Source: a virus (lineage: Duplodnaviria; Caudoviricetes). From it: DNA of 64,000 nt. Of this stretch, positions 1 to 8,493 are shown piece after piece. Every line of letters starts with the position of its first letter. Position 1 is the stretch's first letter. The notes under the pieces are model-generated. The model was not told where the DNA came from and ran no database searches. It saw only the letters and a program-made list of their open reading frames with translations. A program made the translations under genes and the position numbers. The stretch is from the IMG/VR virus record IMGVR_UViG_3300032241_001154, positions 192 to 64,191 of that record. One strand, 5' to 3'.

Positions 1-1652
1 GTCGCTCGGAGTTTGCGGTTCAGCGCAGCGAGGTTGCGGTTGGTCGCTCGCCCGTAGACGTTGCGGAACTTGGTCGCCCCCTCGAACTCTTCTAAGCGGT
101 TGATGACACGGAGTTGGGTGATGATTTCCGTCGGCGTGTTGACGATGGGGGTGCCCGATAGACACACTCGTATTCCACCCTCGACCACTCGGTTCGACAA
201 CTGGATGCACGCTTTGGAACGCTGGGCGGCACCGTTCTTGATGTAGTGGCTCTCGTCCAACACGATGCCCCTAGGGTCAGGAAACTTGTTCACCCAGTAG
301 GTCAGGATGTCGTAGTTGACGACGTAGATGTCTGCCTCAGGCAGTTCACCACTGGTGCCGTTCACAACGTGCACGGTGGCGCTGGGAATCCATCGGTGGG
401 CCTCACGCTCCCAGTTCAGTTTGAGGCTGGCAGGGACGACTACAACGGCTGGGAACGCCTTTGCAGCGGCGATGAGCGCCAGTCCTTGCGGTGTCTTGCC
501 CAGTCCCATCTCGTCGCCAATCAACACGCCACCCGTGGTCGGAGCGACTTGCTTCCAATCACCATTGTCGTGCTCGTAGCCCATGGCTCGCATGGCATAC
601 GCCACGCCTGCACGCTGGAAGGGGAACAGTTGGAACGTCTCGTTGCCGAATCCGTTGATGGTGATTTCTGCGTCCTTGGCGGCACTTGCTTCGATGATGT
701 CTCGAACGCTGTCGGCCTCGTCCATGAGGCGCTTCGCTTCTTTGGTAACACGGGCGTTATGACGCTGGGCGAACTTCACCACTTCGTCCACGCTCTCTTG
801 TGGCACCGTCCAACACTTGATTGACGGCTTCCATTCAGAGCCAGGCATCTGCCTGACTTCGCTGATGATGTTTGCGTCGTACTCGAAGTAGATGGCGAAG
901 TTGCGCCCATCCACCATTACCTTGGGCGTGGTGATTATCTCCACGTCACGCAGTGCCTTCACGTCGTTGGTCATGAAGATGTTGTACTCTTCACACAACT
1001 TACGCACGATGCTGATTGATTCCTTGGGAACCGTCCACGTCTTTTCGTCTGCGTTCCAACGTCGTCCGCTGATGGTGCGGATAGCGTCAACGACTTTGGG
1101 GTTGTAGTCGAACCGGATGACGATGCCCTGCTTCTCTAGCACGGCTTCACCAATCCACTCGGTGGCGCTTGGCTGGGGTGATTGCCCCAGAATCGCCTTG
1201 GCTCGGTCAGACACGGGAACACCATTCCGGTGCGCCCACGCCAGCACGGAGCCGTGCTTGCCGGTGGGAATCATCCACGCCTTCATCTCACGATTCCATA
1301 CGGCGTTCAAGTCACCCTTGGGATAGGTGCTGTCGCCCCACGGGATGAACACCACGACCTTGCCCTGACGAACGTCCACGGCTTTGATGCCACGAACTGG
1401 TTGGTTGGCTACCGGCTTGGTGATGGCATCGTAATCAATGCCTGCGAACGAAAGTTGCCAACGGTACTTCTCTAGCATCTCGTAGGCTTCAAGGGAGACT
1501 TCGGATGTCCACGCTTCAGCAGGCAGTTGCGCTAGGGCATTGCCGAACTTGGTGTCTCCACCGTTGTAGCCAACGCCGTCAGGACGTATCGCTCCATCAT
1601 CTACTGAGGCAAGCGCACGGACTGCTTTTACAAGGTTTTCATCAGTTGGCAT
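1..1652 (-). CDS. SNF2/SWI2-family helicase (partial, runs off left edge)
   Basis: Not in the ORF track because its stop lies outside the window. Manual translation starts MPTDENLVKAVRALASVDDGA and contains LIGDEMGLGKT (motif I), IVLDESHYIKN (DExH) and LSGTPIVN (motif III). Confidence 0.9.
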   Translation of the reverse strand, partial: MPTDENLVKAVRALASVDDGAIRPDGVGYNGGDTKFGNALAQLPAEAWTSEVSLEAYEMLEKYRWQLSFAGIDYDAITKPVANQPVRGIKAVDVRQGKVVVFIPWGDSTYPKGDLNAVWNREMKAWMIPTGKHGSVLAWAHRNGVPVSDRAKAILGQSPQPSATEWIGEAVLEKQGIVIRFDYNPKVVDAIRTISGRRWNADEKTWTVPKESISIVRKLCEEYNIFMTNDVKALRDVEIITTPKVMVDGRNFAIYFEYDANIISEVRQMPGSEWKPSIKCWTVPQESVDEVVKFAQRHNARVTKEAKRLMDEADSVRDIIEASAAKDAEITINGFGNETFQLFPFQRAGVAYAMRAMGYEHDNGDWKQVAPTTGGVLIGDEMGLGKTPQGLALIAAAKAFPAVVVVPASLKLNWEREAHRWIPSATVHVVNGTSGELPEADIYVVNYDILTYWVNKFPDPRGIVLDESHYIKNGAAQRSKACIQLSNRVVEGGIRVCLSGTPIVNTPTEIITQLRVINRLEEFEGATKFRNVYGRATNRNLAALNRKLRA

Positions 1653-1660
1653 AGACTTAC

Positions 1661-1691
1661 TATCATACTACGGTTTAGTGGTGATAGCAAG
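1661..1691 (-). promoter_or_regulatory. sigma70-type promoter of the helicase gene
   Basis: Minus strand reads TTGCTA-N17-TATGAT just upstream of the ATG at 1652. Confidence 0.55.
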
Positions 1692-1716
1692 TATTGAACT
1701 AAGAAATCCCGTGTGC

Positions 1717-1983
1717 TTACTTCGTGTCTCGGTTGTGGTGCTTGTATAGGGCTTGGTCGGTGGTGCCAGCCCATTCAGCAATCTTGCGCCACGTCACGCC
1801 TGCGTCACGGAGACGGGTGACGGTCTGACGACGCTCCTTGCCCAACTCGATGACCTTCTTCTCGTGGTCACGCATCTGAGCGCAGATGTCCTTGATGTGC
1901 TGAAGAAGTGAGGCGACCTCAGGCGAGAACGATGCCTCAACCTCTTTGCGCTCTGGTAGTGGGGTGGTGAAATCGTTAGGCAT
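1717..1983 (-). CDS. small helix-turn-helix DNA-binding protein
   Basis: LRDAGVTWRKIAEWAGTTDQALYK HTH pattern; AAGGAG RBS. Confidence 0.75.
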   Translation of the reverse strand: MPNDFTTPLPERKEVEASFSPEVASLLQHIKDICAQMRDHEKKVIELGKERRQTVTRLRDAGVTWRKIAEWAGTTDQALYKHHNRDTK

Positions 1984-2002
1984 TTTGTTCTCCTTGTGGG
2001 AT

Positions 2003-3160
2003 TTAGTCTAGTGGGGTTTCCAAAGTTGGGTGGTCTATCTGGGGTTTAGTGGAATCCCCAATAAACTCGTGTGAGTAGGACATCCGTCGGCTGGGTTGCC
2101 AGCCAGAGAAACGCTCTACTCGCTGGTTTTCAGCAACGCTGTCTTTGCGCTTGACGTGGTTCTTGGAAGTCGGCTTCCAAAGCGCAGAACCGTCTCGGTA
2201 TTGGCCTAGTCGGGGGTGTGTGGTCTTGGTGAAAAAACGTCGCTCCATCAACGTCTGATTCGCACCTTGCCAGTCACTAAATCTTACACCCACTCCTAAA
2301 CCTTGAAAGTCTGGCTTGACAACGAGGCGATGGCCTCGGTATGCGTTTTTCACTGTTCCACTTGGAAAAGAGAGAACTGCGTAGAAGGCGGCTGGGATTC
2401 CACCAATGACGGCGACATAGCACTCGGACGAACCGTTGAGTGAGCCATTGAGGTAGTGGTGTTCCACGAAATACTGCCACATGGCTGCTTCGACTTCGTA
2501 TACCTCTGCCACCAAAGGTTCTCGATGAAGGCACTCCTTGGGCTGAAGGCAGTACATCCCTGCGTCGGTGTCAATAATCCAATCGGGCTGTAGCCATTCC
2601 AGCACGTCACGATGGCAGGTTGCGATGACGATGTTATGTACGGCGTTTGTACGGACGTACTTTTGGAACGTGTTGCTGGCGGCCTTGGCGACGGTGCGGT
2701 CTACGACTGAGGTGAACTCGTCAATGACGGCGTTGGCGGCAATCTGACGAGCCAAGTCCGCTCGGAACTTTTCACCAGTACTCAAAACGTTGTACGGCTT
2801 CGTCCACGTCGGCACGGCGTTCAATCCGACGGCGTACATCAACGCTGCGCCTTGCTCTGCGGTGGTGAAGTGTGAGATGACTGAACGTGTGTTGTCCCAC
2901 TGCGGCTGTGCCATTTCACCAAACTCGGTTAGCAGTAACGTCTTGCCACTGCCAGAAGCGCCCACGATTACGCCGATGTTCCAATCCTCACCTACGTTGG
3001 GCTTGGCCCACGGGTAGAACGCTGTGCTGGTTGGGTCGTACTCGAACTGCTCGCACGCCTCGGTGGTGATGGGGTCTGATTCCAAATCAGATGTCAGCGG
3101 TGTGTTGGACTTTCCCAACGGCAACCACTCATCCGTGGTGGTGAAAAGCATTTCGTTCAT
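2003..3160 (-). CDS. ABC-type ATPase fused to a GNAT (Mom-like) acyltransferase
   Basis: Walker A GASGSGKT, signature LSTGE, Walker B AVIDE, H-loop ATCH; C-terminal HHYL...RLVVKPDFQGLGVG acetyl-CoA-binding motif. Confidence 0.8.
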   Translation of the reverse strand: MNEMLFTTTDEWLPLGKSNTPLTSDLESDPITTEACEQFEYDPTSTAFYPWAKPNVGEDWNIGVIVGASGSGKTLLLTEFGEMAQPQWDNTRSVISHFTTAEQGAALMYAVGLNAVPTWTKPYNVLSTGEKFRADLARQIAANAVIDEFTSVVDRTVAKAASNTFQKYVRTNAVHNIVIATCHRDVLEWLQPDWIIDTDAGMYCLQPKECLHREPLVAEVYEVEAAMWQYFVEHHYLNGSLNGSSECYVAVIGGIPAAFYAVLSFPSGTVKNAYRGHRLVVKPDFQGLGVGVRFSDWQGANQTLMERRFFTKTTHPRLGQYRDGSALWKPTSKNHVKRKDSVAENQRVERFSGWQPSRRMSYSHEFIGDSTKPQIDHPTLETPLD

Positions 3161-3252
3161 TGCTTCTCCCCCGTCGAGGGATGGCGTGACATGCTGGCAA
3201 GACGTTCTTCTTCGTCAAACTCTTCGTCGTCGGATTCCACCAGAGTGAGCAT
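3157..3252 (-). CDS. 31-aa acidic peptide
   Basis: Manual translation MLTLVESDDEEFDEEERLASMSRHPSTGEKQ; fills the gap and overlaps the next start as ATGA. Confidence 0.5.
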   Translation of the reverse strand: MLTLVESDDEEFDEEERLASMSRHPSTGEKQ

Positions 3253-3257
3253 AAACC

Positions 3258-3635
3258 CTAGTCTAGCGGTGCAGATACCTCGGTGACGGTCATTTCCAAT
3301 GCGTCCTTGCCAAACAACGGGGCAAGGAAGGTGAGTTTCACCACAATCTTGGCGTTGTCGTCAATCAACACGCCTGCATCAACCAGCCCGTCAACGGCTG
3401 CTTTCACCTGAGGGAAGCACGCACCCACGTCTTGGCGGTACTTGGCGTTGAGGACGTAGGGCTGGATGGTGATTTCCACCTGCTCCATGCTCGGCATCAT
3501 CGCCTCTTTTGCGAGGTCACAGAATGCTGCTCGCCACTCCTTGACAATCTTGGCTCGCACCATGTGGTGAACCGTGCGCTCTTTGTTGAGCGTGAAGTCG
3601 GGACGTTCCTCGTAGGTGAGGACGTAAGCGTTCAT
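3258..3635 (-). CDS. rusA: RusA-like Holliday junction resolvase
   Basis: QDVGACFPQVKAAVDGLVDAGVLIDDN matches the D..K...DGL...G...DD pattern; start reassigned to ATG 3635 (ATGA overlap with upstream stop). Confidence 0.75.
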   Translation of the reverse strand: MNAYVLTYEERPDFTLNKERTVHHMVRAKIVKEWRAAFCDLAKEAMMPSMEQVEITIQPYVLNAKYRQDVGACFPQVKAAVDGLVDAGVLIDDNAKIVVKLTFLAPLFGKDALEMTVTEVSAPLD

Positions 3636-4120
3636 AGTGAAATAACCACGACGGGTGGGCGTGCGTTGGTTGTGTGTGTGACTGCGGCGTTCACTGCTGT
3701 CTCCACTCGTTCCTTGCCCGTGAGTTCCTTGCTGCGTTCCAAAGCGTACAGTGCGGCGAGGGCGGCCTGAGCGCCAGCACCTGTGGCCCCGTATGGCTCT
3801 CGTGATTTCACCACGGCAAAGTCCGAGCCAATCTCGTAAATGGCGGTCTTGTTGGCGACAAGGACGGCCCAATCGTCTGCTGGAAACCCTGCGTCGTTCG
3901 CCCGTGCCATGAGGTAGTCACGGATTTTGTACGGGTCAGAAACGGCGCTCTTTCGGAGAATGTCCATAATCCGAAACGAACCCGATACGCCGACAAGACT
4001 TGATTCGGTGGCCCAAACTTTTGGCTCTGCTGAAATGATGACCGTGGAATCGTCAAATGCGCCGCTGTCCCCAGCCATCCACACTTGCTTTTTGTCTTTC
4101 CACGCTGCCAAACAGGTCAC
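3632..4120 (-). CDS. HslV/proteasome-beta-like Ntn peptidase
   Basis: N-terminal (M)TC, MAGDS, PKV, GVSGS and TGAG motifs of Thr-nucleophile Ntn hydrolases. Confidence 0.7.
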   Translation of the reverse strand: MTCLAAWKDKKQVWMAGDSGAFDDSTVIISAEPKVWATESSLVGVSGSFRIMDILRKSAVSDPYKIRDYLMARANDAGFPADDWAVLVANKTAIYEIGSDFAVVKSREPYGATGAGAQAALAALYALERSKELTGKERVETAVNAAVTHTTNARPPVVVISL

Positions 4121-4142
4121 AAGACAAGGCTACTAGCGGATT

Positions 4143-4538
4143 TCACTGCCCCTGAGTTGGGTAATGAACCTCGCCCGTTTGTGCGTATTCCGTGCGCATC
4201 TGGTCGGTCATCGCCTTTGCTCGCACCATCTGTGCCGCCGTTTCTGCACGCTGCTGATTCACCTTGACACGGGCATCAAGTTCGTCCGCTTTGCTGCCGC
4301 CGTTGGCCTTTTCCAAATCTCTGGCGGCGGTGAAGTGCTTGACTGCCTCTTCGTGGAGTTCCTTGGCCTGCTGCCAGCGCCCGTTATGGAAACGGTACAC
4401 GCCCATGCGCTCGGCCTTTTCACCTGCGTTGACGTGTTCGGCTACCCCCTTGGAGTATTGGTTGCCGTGGAAGATGTGACCGAGTAGGTCGCCCTTTGTG
4501 AGCGGATACAACAACCCGTCGGTGGTGAAATCAGTCAT
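4143..4538 (-). CDS. hypothetical helical protein with KGDxxGHxFxGNQ tag
   Basis: KGDLLGHIFHGNQY near the N-terminus, shared with proteins at 58-64 kb. Confidence 0.7.
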   Translation of the reverse strand: MTDFTTDGLLYPLTKGDLLGHIFHGNQYSKGVAEHVNAGEKAERMGVYRFHNGRWQQAKELHEEAVKHFTAARDLEKANGGSKADELDARVKVNQQRAETAAQMVRAKAMTDQMRTEYAQTGEVHYPTQGQ

Positions 4539-4547
4539 GCCACAAGG

Positions 4548-4739
4548 CTAACCGACGTTTTCTAGATGCCTCTTGACTTCCGTTTCGGCTTGTACTTTCT
4601 TGAAGAACCGTGGAAGGCTCCATCCGCAGTTGCACCACGCTTCGTACAGTGTGGTGTTCAGCATCGAAGAACGGTATTCCTCGACCTGAGCGTCGTGGTC
4701 TTTAGGCGCTTCTGGTGCGGCCTTCTTCTTGGCTGCCAC
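4548..4739 (-). CDS. hypothetical protein (CxC motif), start uncertain
   Basis: ORF in operon context; AWCNCGW motif. Confidence 0.5.
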   Translation of the reverse strand: MAAKKKAAPEAPKDHDAQVEEYRSSMLNTTLYEAWCNCGWSLPRFFKKVQAETEVKRHLENVG

Positions 4740-5158
4740 TAGATGCTTCGCTTGAACAATGCCCAGCGACGGTACTGCGTGCCGTTCGGACTGCGTTCCA
4801 AAATCCACTGGTCGTGGCACGAGCGGCTGTACTTGCCCTCAGATTTCACTGCGTAGTCCGTGCACTCCCAAATGGTTCCGACGGGGAAGGAATCAACGTC
4901 GGGTTTCTTGCAGTCGTGGGGCATGTAAATCACCATGCCGTGCTTCTTGCCGTCGTCCGTTGGTTCGCCTTGGCTTTCCAGTTGGCGCTGTACGGCAACA
5001 ATCTGGCGAGGTGAAGGCTGACCTGCTTGGGTGAGTAGCGACTGGCGCACGAGGACGTGCTTACTCCACTCAACCGTCCACGGCAGGTGCTTGTTCTTTT
5101 CGTTCCACGATTCGATGTGCTTCTGTCGCTCGGTAGGTGGAATAAGTGGCTCGGTCAT
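4739..5158 (-). CDS. hypothetical protein
   Basis: 139-aa ORF, contiguous with neighbours; several Cys/His residues. Confidence 0.6.
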   Translation of the reverse strand: MTEPLIPPTERQKHIESWNEKNKHLPWTVEWSKHVLVRQSLLTQAGQPSPRQIVAVQRQLESQGEPTDDGKKHGMVIYMPHDCKKPDVDSFPVGTIWECTDYAVKSEGKYSRSCHDQWILERSPNGTQYRRWALFKRSI

Positions 5159-5217
5159 GTGTCACTCTTTCGGTAATGCGCTTCGTTCGGTACCGATAGC
5201 GTAGCACGGTGTAGTGG

Positions 5218-5760
5218 CTAGGCAACGCCCATCAAGAGTTGCAAGTTGGTTGGTGAAACCATGTACACGTCGGGCACGTCGAAGTACACGCCAGCAAAAC
5301 GCATGGCCTCGTGCGCCAATGCCGAGCAAATCCACGTTCCTTCACGACGGCATTCCAAGAACCACTGTGGTGAAATGATGTCCACGCCGATGCAGATGTC
5401 GGACAACAACCCGTACTTCTTTCCAATCTGCTTCTCGGCAAACCACGCCGCCTTCTCAGCGTCTCCGCCAAACGAGGTGATGTCGTAAATCGAGATGATT
5501 TCGGACGAGGCGATGAGGCTGGCAAGGGTTGATTTCACCACGCCCTTCATGGTCGCTTGCACAATCCACACGTCGTCGTAGGTTGCGCCTTCGGTAACGA
5601 CGGTAAAGCAGTGGTTGTAGGTGCCGTCCTTCAAGCGCAACTTTTCACCGAAGCGGATGAGTGCGCCCATGGTGCCGTCGGTCTTGGCAAAGCCAGTCAT
5701 GCCTCGCTTGATTTCACCAGCGGGCAGGTTCGTGATGCATGGGGCGGCGTTCTTTGACAC
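5218..5760 (-). CDS. permuted papain-like (NlpC/P60, YaeF/YiiX-type) amidase/peptidase
   Basis: N-terminal YNHC His, KQIGKKYG, and C-terminal WICSAL catalytic Cys, in circularly permuted order. Confidence 0.75.
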   Translation of the reverse strand: MSKNAAPCITNLPAGEIKRGMTGFAKTDGTMGALIRFGEKLRLKDGTYNHCFTVVTEGATYDDVWIVQATMKGVVKSTLASLIASSEIISIYDITSFGGDAEKAAWFAEKQIGKKYGLLSDICIGVDIISPQWFLECRREGTWICSALAHEAMRFAGVYFDVPDVYMVSPTNLQLLMGVA

Positions 5761-5772
5761 GGCTCTAACGTA

Positions 5773-6258
5773 CTACGCTTCCCACGAATGCTTGGTCAGT
5801 CCCAGTTCGTGCGCCTTTTTTGGGTTGTCCTCAATCCATGAGTTGTGGTGATTGCAGACGAGGATGATACCGCTCACGTCGAGCAGGTTCGCATCGCTCT
5901 GCCCCGACCGTGCTCGGCTGAGGATTTCGTGCCCATTTATTTCACCAAAGCACGGGGTGCCGATGATGTCCTTGACGGTGCATTTCCACGTCTCACGCTT
6001 GCCGAAGTGGGCGAGCATGGCTTCCTTGCGCTGAACGTTGACCGCTCGGCGCTTGTCGCTCATCGGCTTCAGGGACGAACGTTTCAGTGCGCTGGGCTTG
6101 CGCTCCAACGGCTTGCGAGCCAGTTGCTTCTGCTTCTTTTCAACATCACGGCACTCTTTGCAGCGAGGCAGGTACTTGCCGGAACCGTCTCGACGTGCGA
6201 TGAACTCGTCCGTGGATTTCACCTCACGGCACGAGCCACACTTCTTGACTTCGCTCAC
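5773..6258 (-). CDS. HNH-type endonuclease with N-terminal Zn finger
   Basis: CGSC...CKEC finger; C...C...HEILSRARSG...VCNHHNSWI. Confidence 0.7.
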   Translation of the reverse strand: MSEVKKCGSCREVKSTDEFIARRDGSGKYLPRCKECRDVEKKQKQLARKPLERKPSALKRSSLKPMSDKRRAVNVQRKEAMLAHFGKRETWKCTVKDIIGTPCFGEINGHEILSRARSGQSDANLLDVSGIILVCNHHNSWIEDNPKKAHELGLTKHSWEA

Positions 6259-6797
6259 TGTTTGACGGATACGAGCGTCTCGTTCACCACGCCAAACTGC
6301 GTATCCGTAACGGCAACGTCGCTGTCAAAGGCCGTCAACGAACCGCCGCCTGCGTAAACCGCAGTGCCGTCTGATGCCAACTGCTGAAGGTCGGCTGAGA
6401 GGGTCTTGATTTCGGCATTGACCTTGGGGCTAAGAGAGTTAGCAAATGTAGCGAGAACCAACGCATCGTTGTCAAGGTTGGTGAAATCCTGCGCCGTTGC
6501 GGTATTGGAACTCAACGAGCCAACAATGACGTTGTAGTCGGCAAGCGAAGTGCCAAACACGGGATTGAATCCCTTGTGCCAACGTTTCCAGTTTTCAGCA
6601 ACCACAACAACCTTGACGGTCTTGACTTTGTTCTTGACGCTCGTCTCGTGCACGCCGTAGACGGCGGTGGTGATAATCGCCACGACCACTACTGCCGTGA
6701 TGACCCACTGCCACCAGAACAGGCTCTTGAAGAACTGCTTGATTGCGCCCGTGGTGTCGTCGGCTTGGAGCGTAACGGTGGGGGTCTGGTCAACCAT
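6255..6797 (-). CDS. membrane-anchored hypothetical protein
   Basis: Hydrophobic segment WWQWVITAVVVVAIITTAVYGV. Confidence 0.6.
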   Translation of the reverse strand: MVDQTPTVTLQADDTTGAIKQFFKSLFWWQWVITAVVVVAIITTAVYGVHETSVKNKVKTVKVVVVAENWKRWHKGFNPVFGTSLADYNVIVGSLSSNTATAQDFTNLDNDALVLATFANSLSPKVNAEIKTLSADLQQLASDGTAVYAGGGSLTAFDSDVAVTDTQFGVVNETLVSVKQ

Positions 6798-7350
6798 CAA
6801 TGTAATCACTTTCGTCTGGTGATGCGAGTGCTTGCGTCTCAGACTTTACCACGGTTAGCGACGGGACGCTTACCGTGCCTGAACCCAGTTGAAAGCCGAT
6901 GCTGGTGATTGTCTCTTTGTCGTACTTGTCCTTCAGTTCGTTGTACGCCTTCAGGAAGTGTGAACGCTCCACGCCGATGGTGTCGCTAAAGCACAGCGAC
7001 GAGAACCCAACGGATTTCACTGCACCCTCGATAAGGGGATGCGACCAACGGTTTCCATTTCGGTAGAACTCACGCCCGTGTTGGTCGAGGCCGTCGTTCA
7101 CCTCACGCCATGCCTCGAATGCGGTGGGGGCGAGGCTGCCGCTGACCTCTGCGCACTTTCTGCGGATGCCAGCGATGGTCGGGAACTTTTCCTCGGTCAA
7201 CGCCCAGTCTTGGGCCGCACGAATGGCGACTCCACCATCAACGTCGGCTAGGAGCATGCTCCACATCTCGATGGTGCCGTCGTTGGCCTTCCATGCTGGA
7301 AAGGCGCAGGCAAGGACGTAGCAGACGGTGGCGGTTTCTTGCTGGTTCAT
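6790..7350 (-). CDS. replicative helicase loader/inhibitor (G39P-like)
   Basis: MNQQET..VLACAFP....WSMLL.D....A...KFPTIAGIR pattern; lies directly after the initiator gene. Confidence 0.65.
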   Translation of the reverse strand: MNQQETATVCYVLACAFPAWKANDGTIEMWSMLLADVDGGVAIRAAQDWALTEEKFPTIAGIRRKCAEVSGSLAPTAFEAWREVNDGLDQHGREFYRNGNRWSHPLIEGAVKSVGFSSLCFSDTIGVERSHFLKAYNELKDKYDKETITSIGFQLGSGTVSVPSLTVVKSETQALASPDESDYIDG

Positions 7351-8210
7351 TACAGGTGCCTCTTCATGAAGTTCTCGATGGCGGTGAGTGCGTTCCCAGC
7401 CTTGTTGGGTGCTGGGGCAACAGTCTCGCTGATTCCAGCGCCCGTGTCAAGGAAGTCTTGGTAGCGGAGAGACGAGCCGAAGAACGTTGCGCCGTGGAGT
7501 GTGTACATCTCTGGTTCACCACGACGGCTTGCGGCATAGTTCTCGGTGGCCTGCATCAAGCGCACCACGGTTTCACCAGCACGGATGCGAGCAACGAAGT
7601 TTTCCTGTGCCTTGCCTTTGTTGATTTTGCGTGGGTAGAGCCGCCAGACTTCCTCGAACTCTGCCGAGTACGGCTTCTCCCTCTCTGCCCGTTCGGATTT
7701 CACTGGCTCGGAAATGTGTCCGTCGCCCGATTTTTCGGGTGACGCAAAAGAACTATCTTCAGTACTTACTTCATTCAGTACTTGCTTTGATTCAGTACTT
7801 ACTAAGTGGGGCACTTCACCGTTGACGGTGGAACCGTGCACGGTTGAGCCGTTGACGGTAAACCCGTCCACGGTTTCATCAGGGATTATGCGGATTTCAC
7901 TGCCTATAGCGACCTCGTGCACCACTCGTTCGACGTGCGAGAACTGGCCTTTTTCGTCGTTGATGCGCTGTCCGTTGTTGGTGATGTAGCCGAGGGCTTC
8001 CAACTCGCTGAGGATGGTGAGGACTTTCTCCTTCTTGGCCTTGGGCGATTCCTTCACGAGGTGATTCACCATGATGACCCAGTTGTCGGGCTTCGAGATG
8101 AGGTAGGCGAGCATGCCCTTGGCTTCCCATGAGAGCCGAGCGTCGTTGAGGGTGACGTTGGGCATGATGGTGAAAGACTGGCGAGTGACGGATGGACTGC
8201 GACGTATCAC
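7350..8210 (-). CDS. phage replication initiator (wHTH, lambda-O/RepA-like)
   Basis: FTIMPN..LND.RLSWEAKGMLAYLISKPDNW N-domain; FEEVWRLYPRK..K C-domain; GTG start at 8210 behind AAAAGGAG. Confidence 0.8.
   Translation of the reverse strand: MIRRSPSVTRQSFTIMPNVTLNDARLSWEAKGMLAYLISKPDNWVIMVNHLVKESPKAKKEKVLTILSELEALGYITNNGQRINDEKGQFSHVERVVHEVAIGSEIRIIPDETVDGFTVNGSTVHGSTVNGEVPHLVSTESKQVLNEVSTEDSSFASPEKSGDGHISEPVKSERAEREKPYSAEFEEVWRLYPRKINKGKAQENFVARIRAGETVVRLMQATENYAASRRGEPEMYTLHGATFFGSSLRYQDFLDTGAGISETVAPAPNKAGNALTAIENFMKRHL
7758..7874. repeat. putative origin of replication: 4 iterons plus AT-rich repeats
   Basis: NCCGTnnACGGT at 7818, 7833, 7848 and 7863 (15-bp period); TTCAGTACTT at 7758, 7774 and 7791. 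Confidence 0.7.
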
Positions 8211-8307
8211 GGCGATACTCCTTTTGCTACGGGGTGGTGATGATACACGACCAGTGTCCAGTGCTGGTGCACGGTTTAGGGAGAAACTGTATGCGTTTTT
8301 TGCCCGA

Positions 8308-8353
8308 CCACAAGATGTGGTGGAATGCGGTTGCGGCCCCCTACATGTTGTGT
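8308..8353. promoter_or_regulatory. tandem NrdR-box-like operators
   Basis: ccaCAAGATGTGGtgg (8308-8323) and cccCTACATGTTGtgt (8338-8353) versus consensus acaCwAtATaTwGtgt. Confidence 0.55.
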
Positions 8354-8410
8354 TTGCCAAGCATGTGAAGTTTGTCACAAGTTGGTGAACCGCTGAGCGG
8401 CCCTAGAACG

Positions 8411-8455
8411 CCAAAATCCCCTGCACCCACGTCGTCACAGGTGCAGGGGATTTGG
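8411..8455 (-). terminator. intrinsic terminator after the AAA ATPase gene
   Basis: AAATCCCCTGCACC / GGTGCAGGGGATTT inverted repeat. Confidence 0.65.
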
Positions 8456-8493
8456 ATGGCACACAGGGGCGTTTAGACCCCTCTGGCGGTCAA

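Noticed and set aside
61-1475. Plus-strand ORFs in the track
   Set aside because: Antisense shadows of the minus-strand SNF2 helicase
8211-8378. N-terminal extension of the initiator ORF (similarly at 3872, 57857, 60317, 61683)
   Set aside because: Better RBS-linked or stop-overlapping starts lie downstream; the extensions overlap regulatory DNA or other genes
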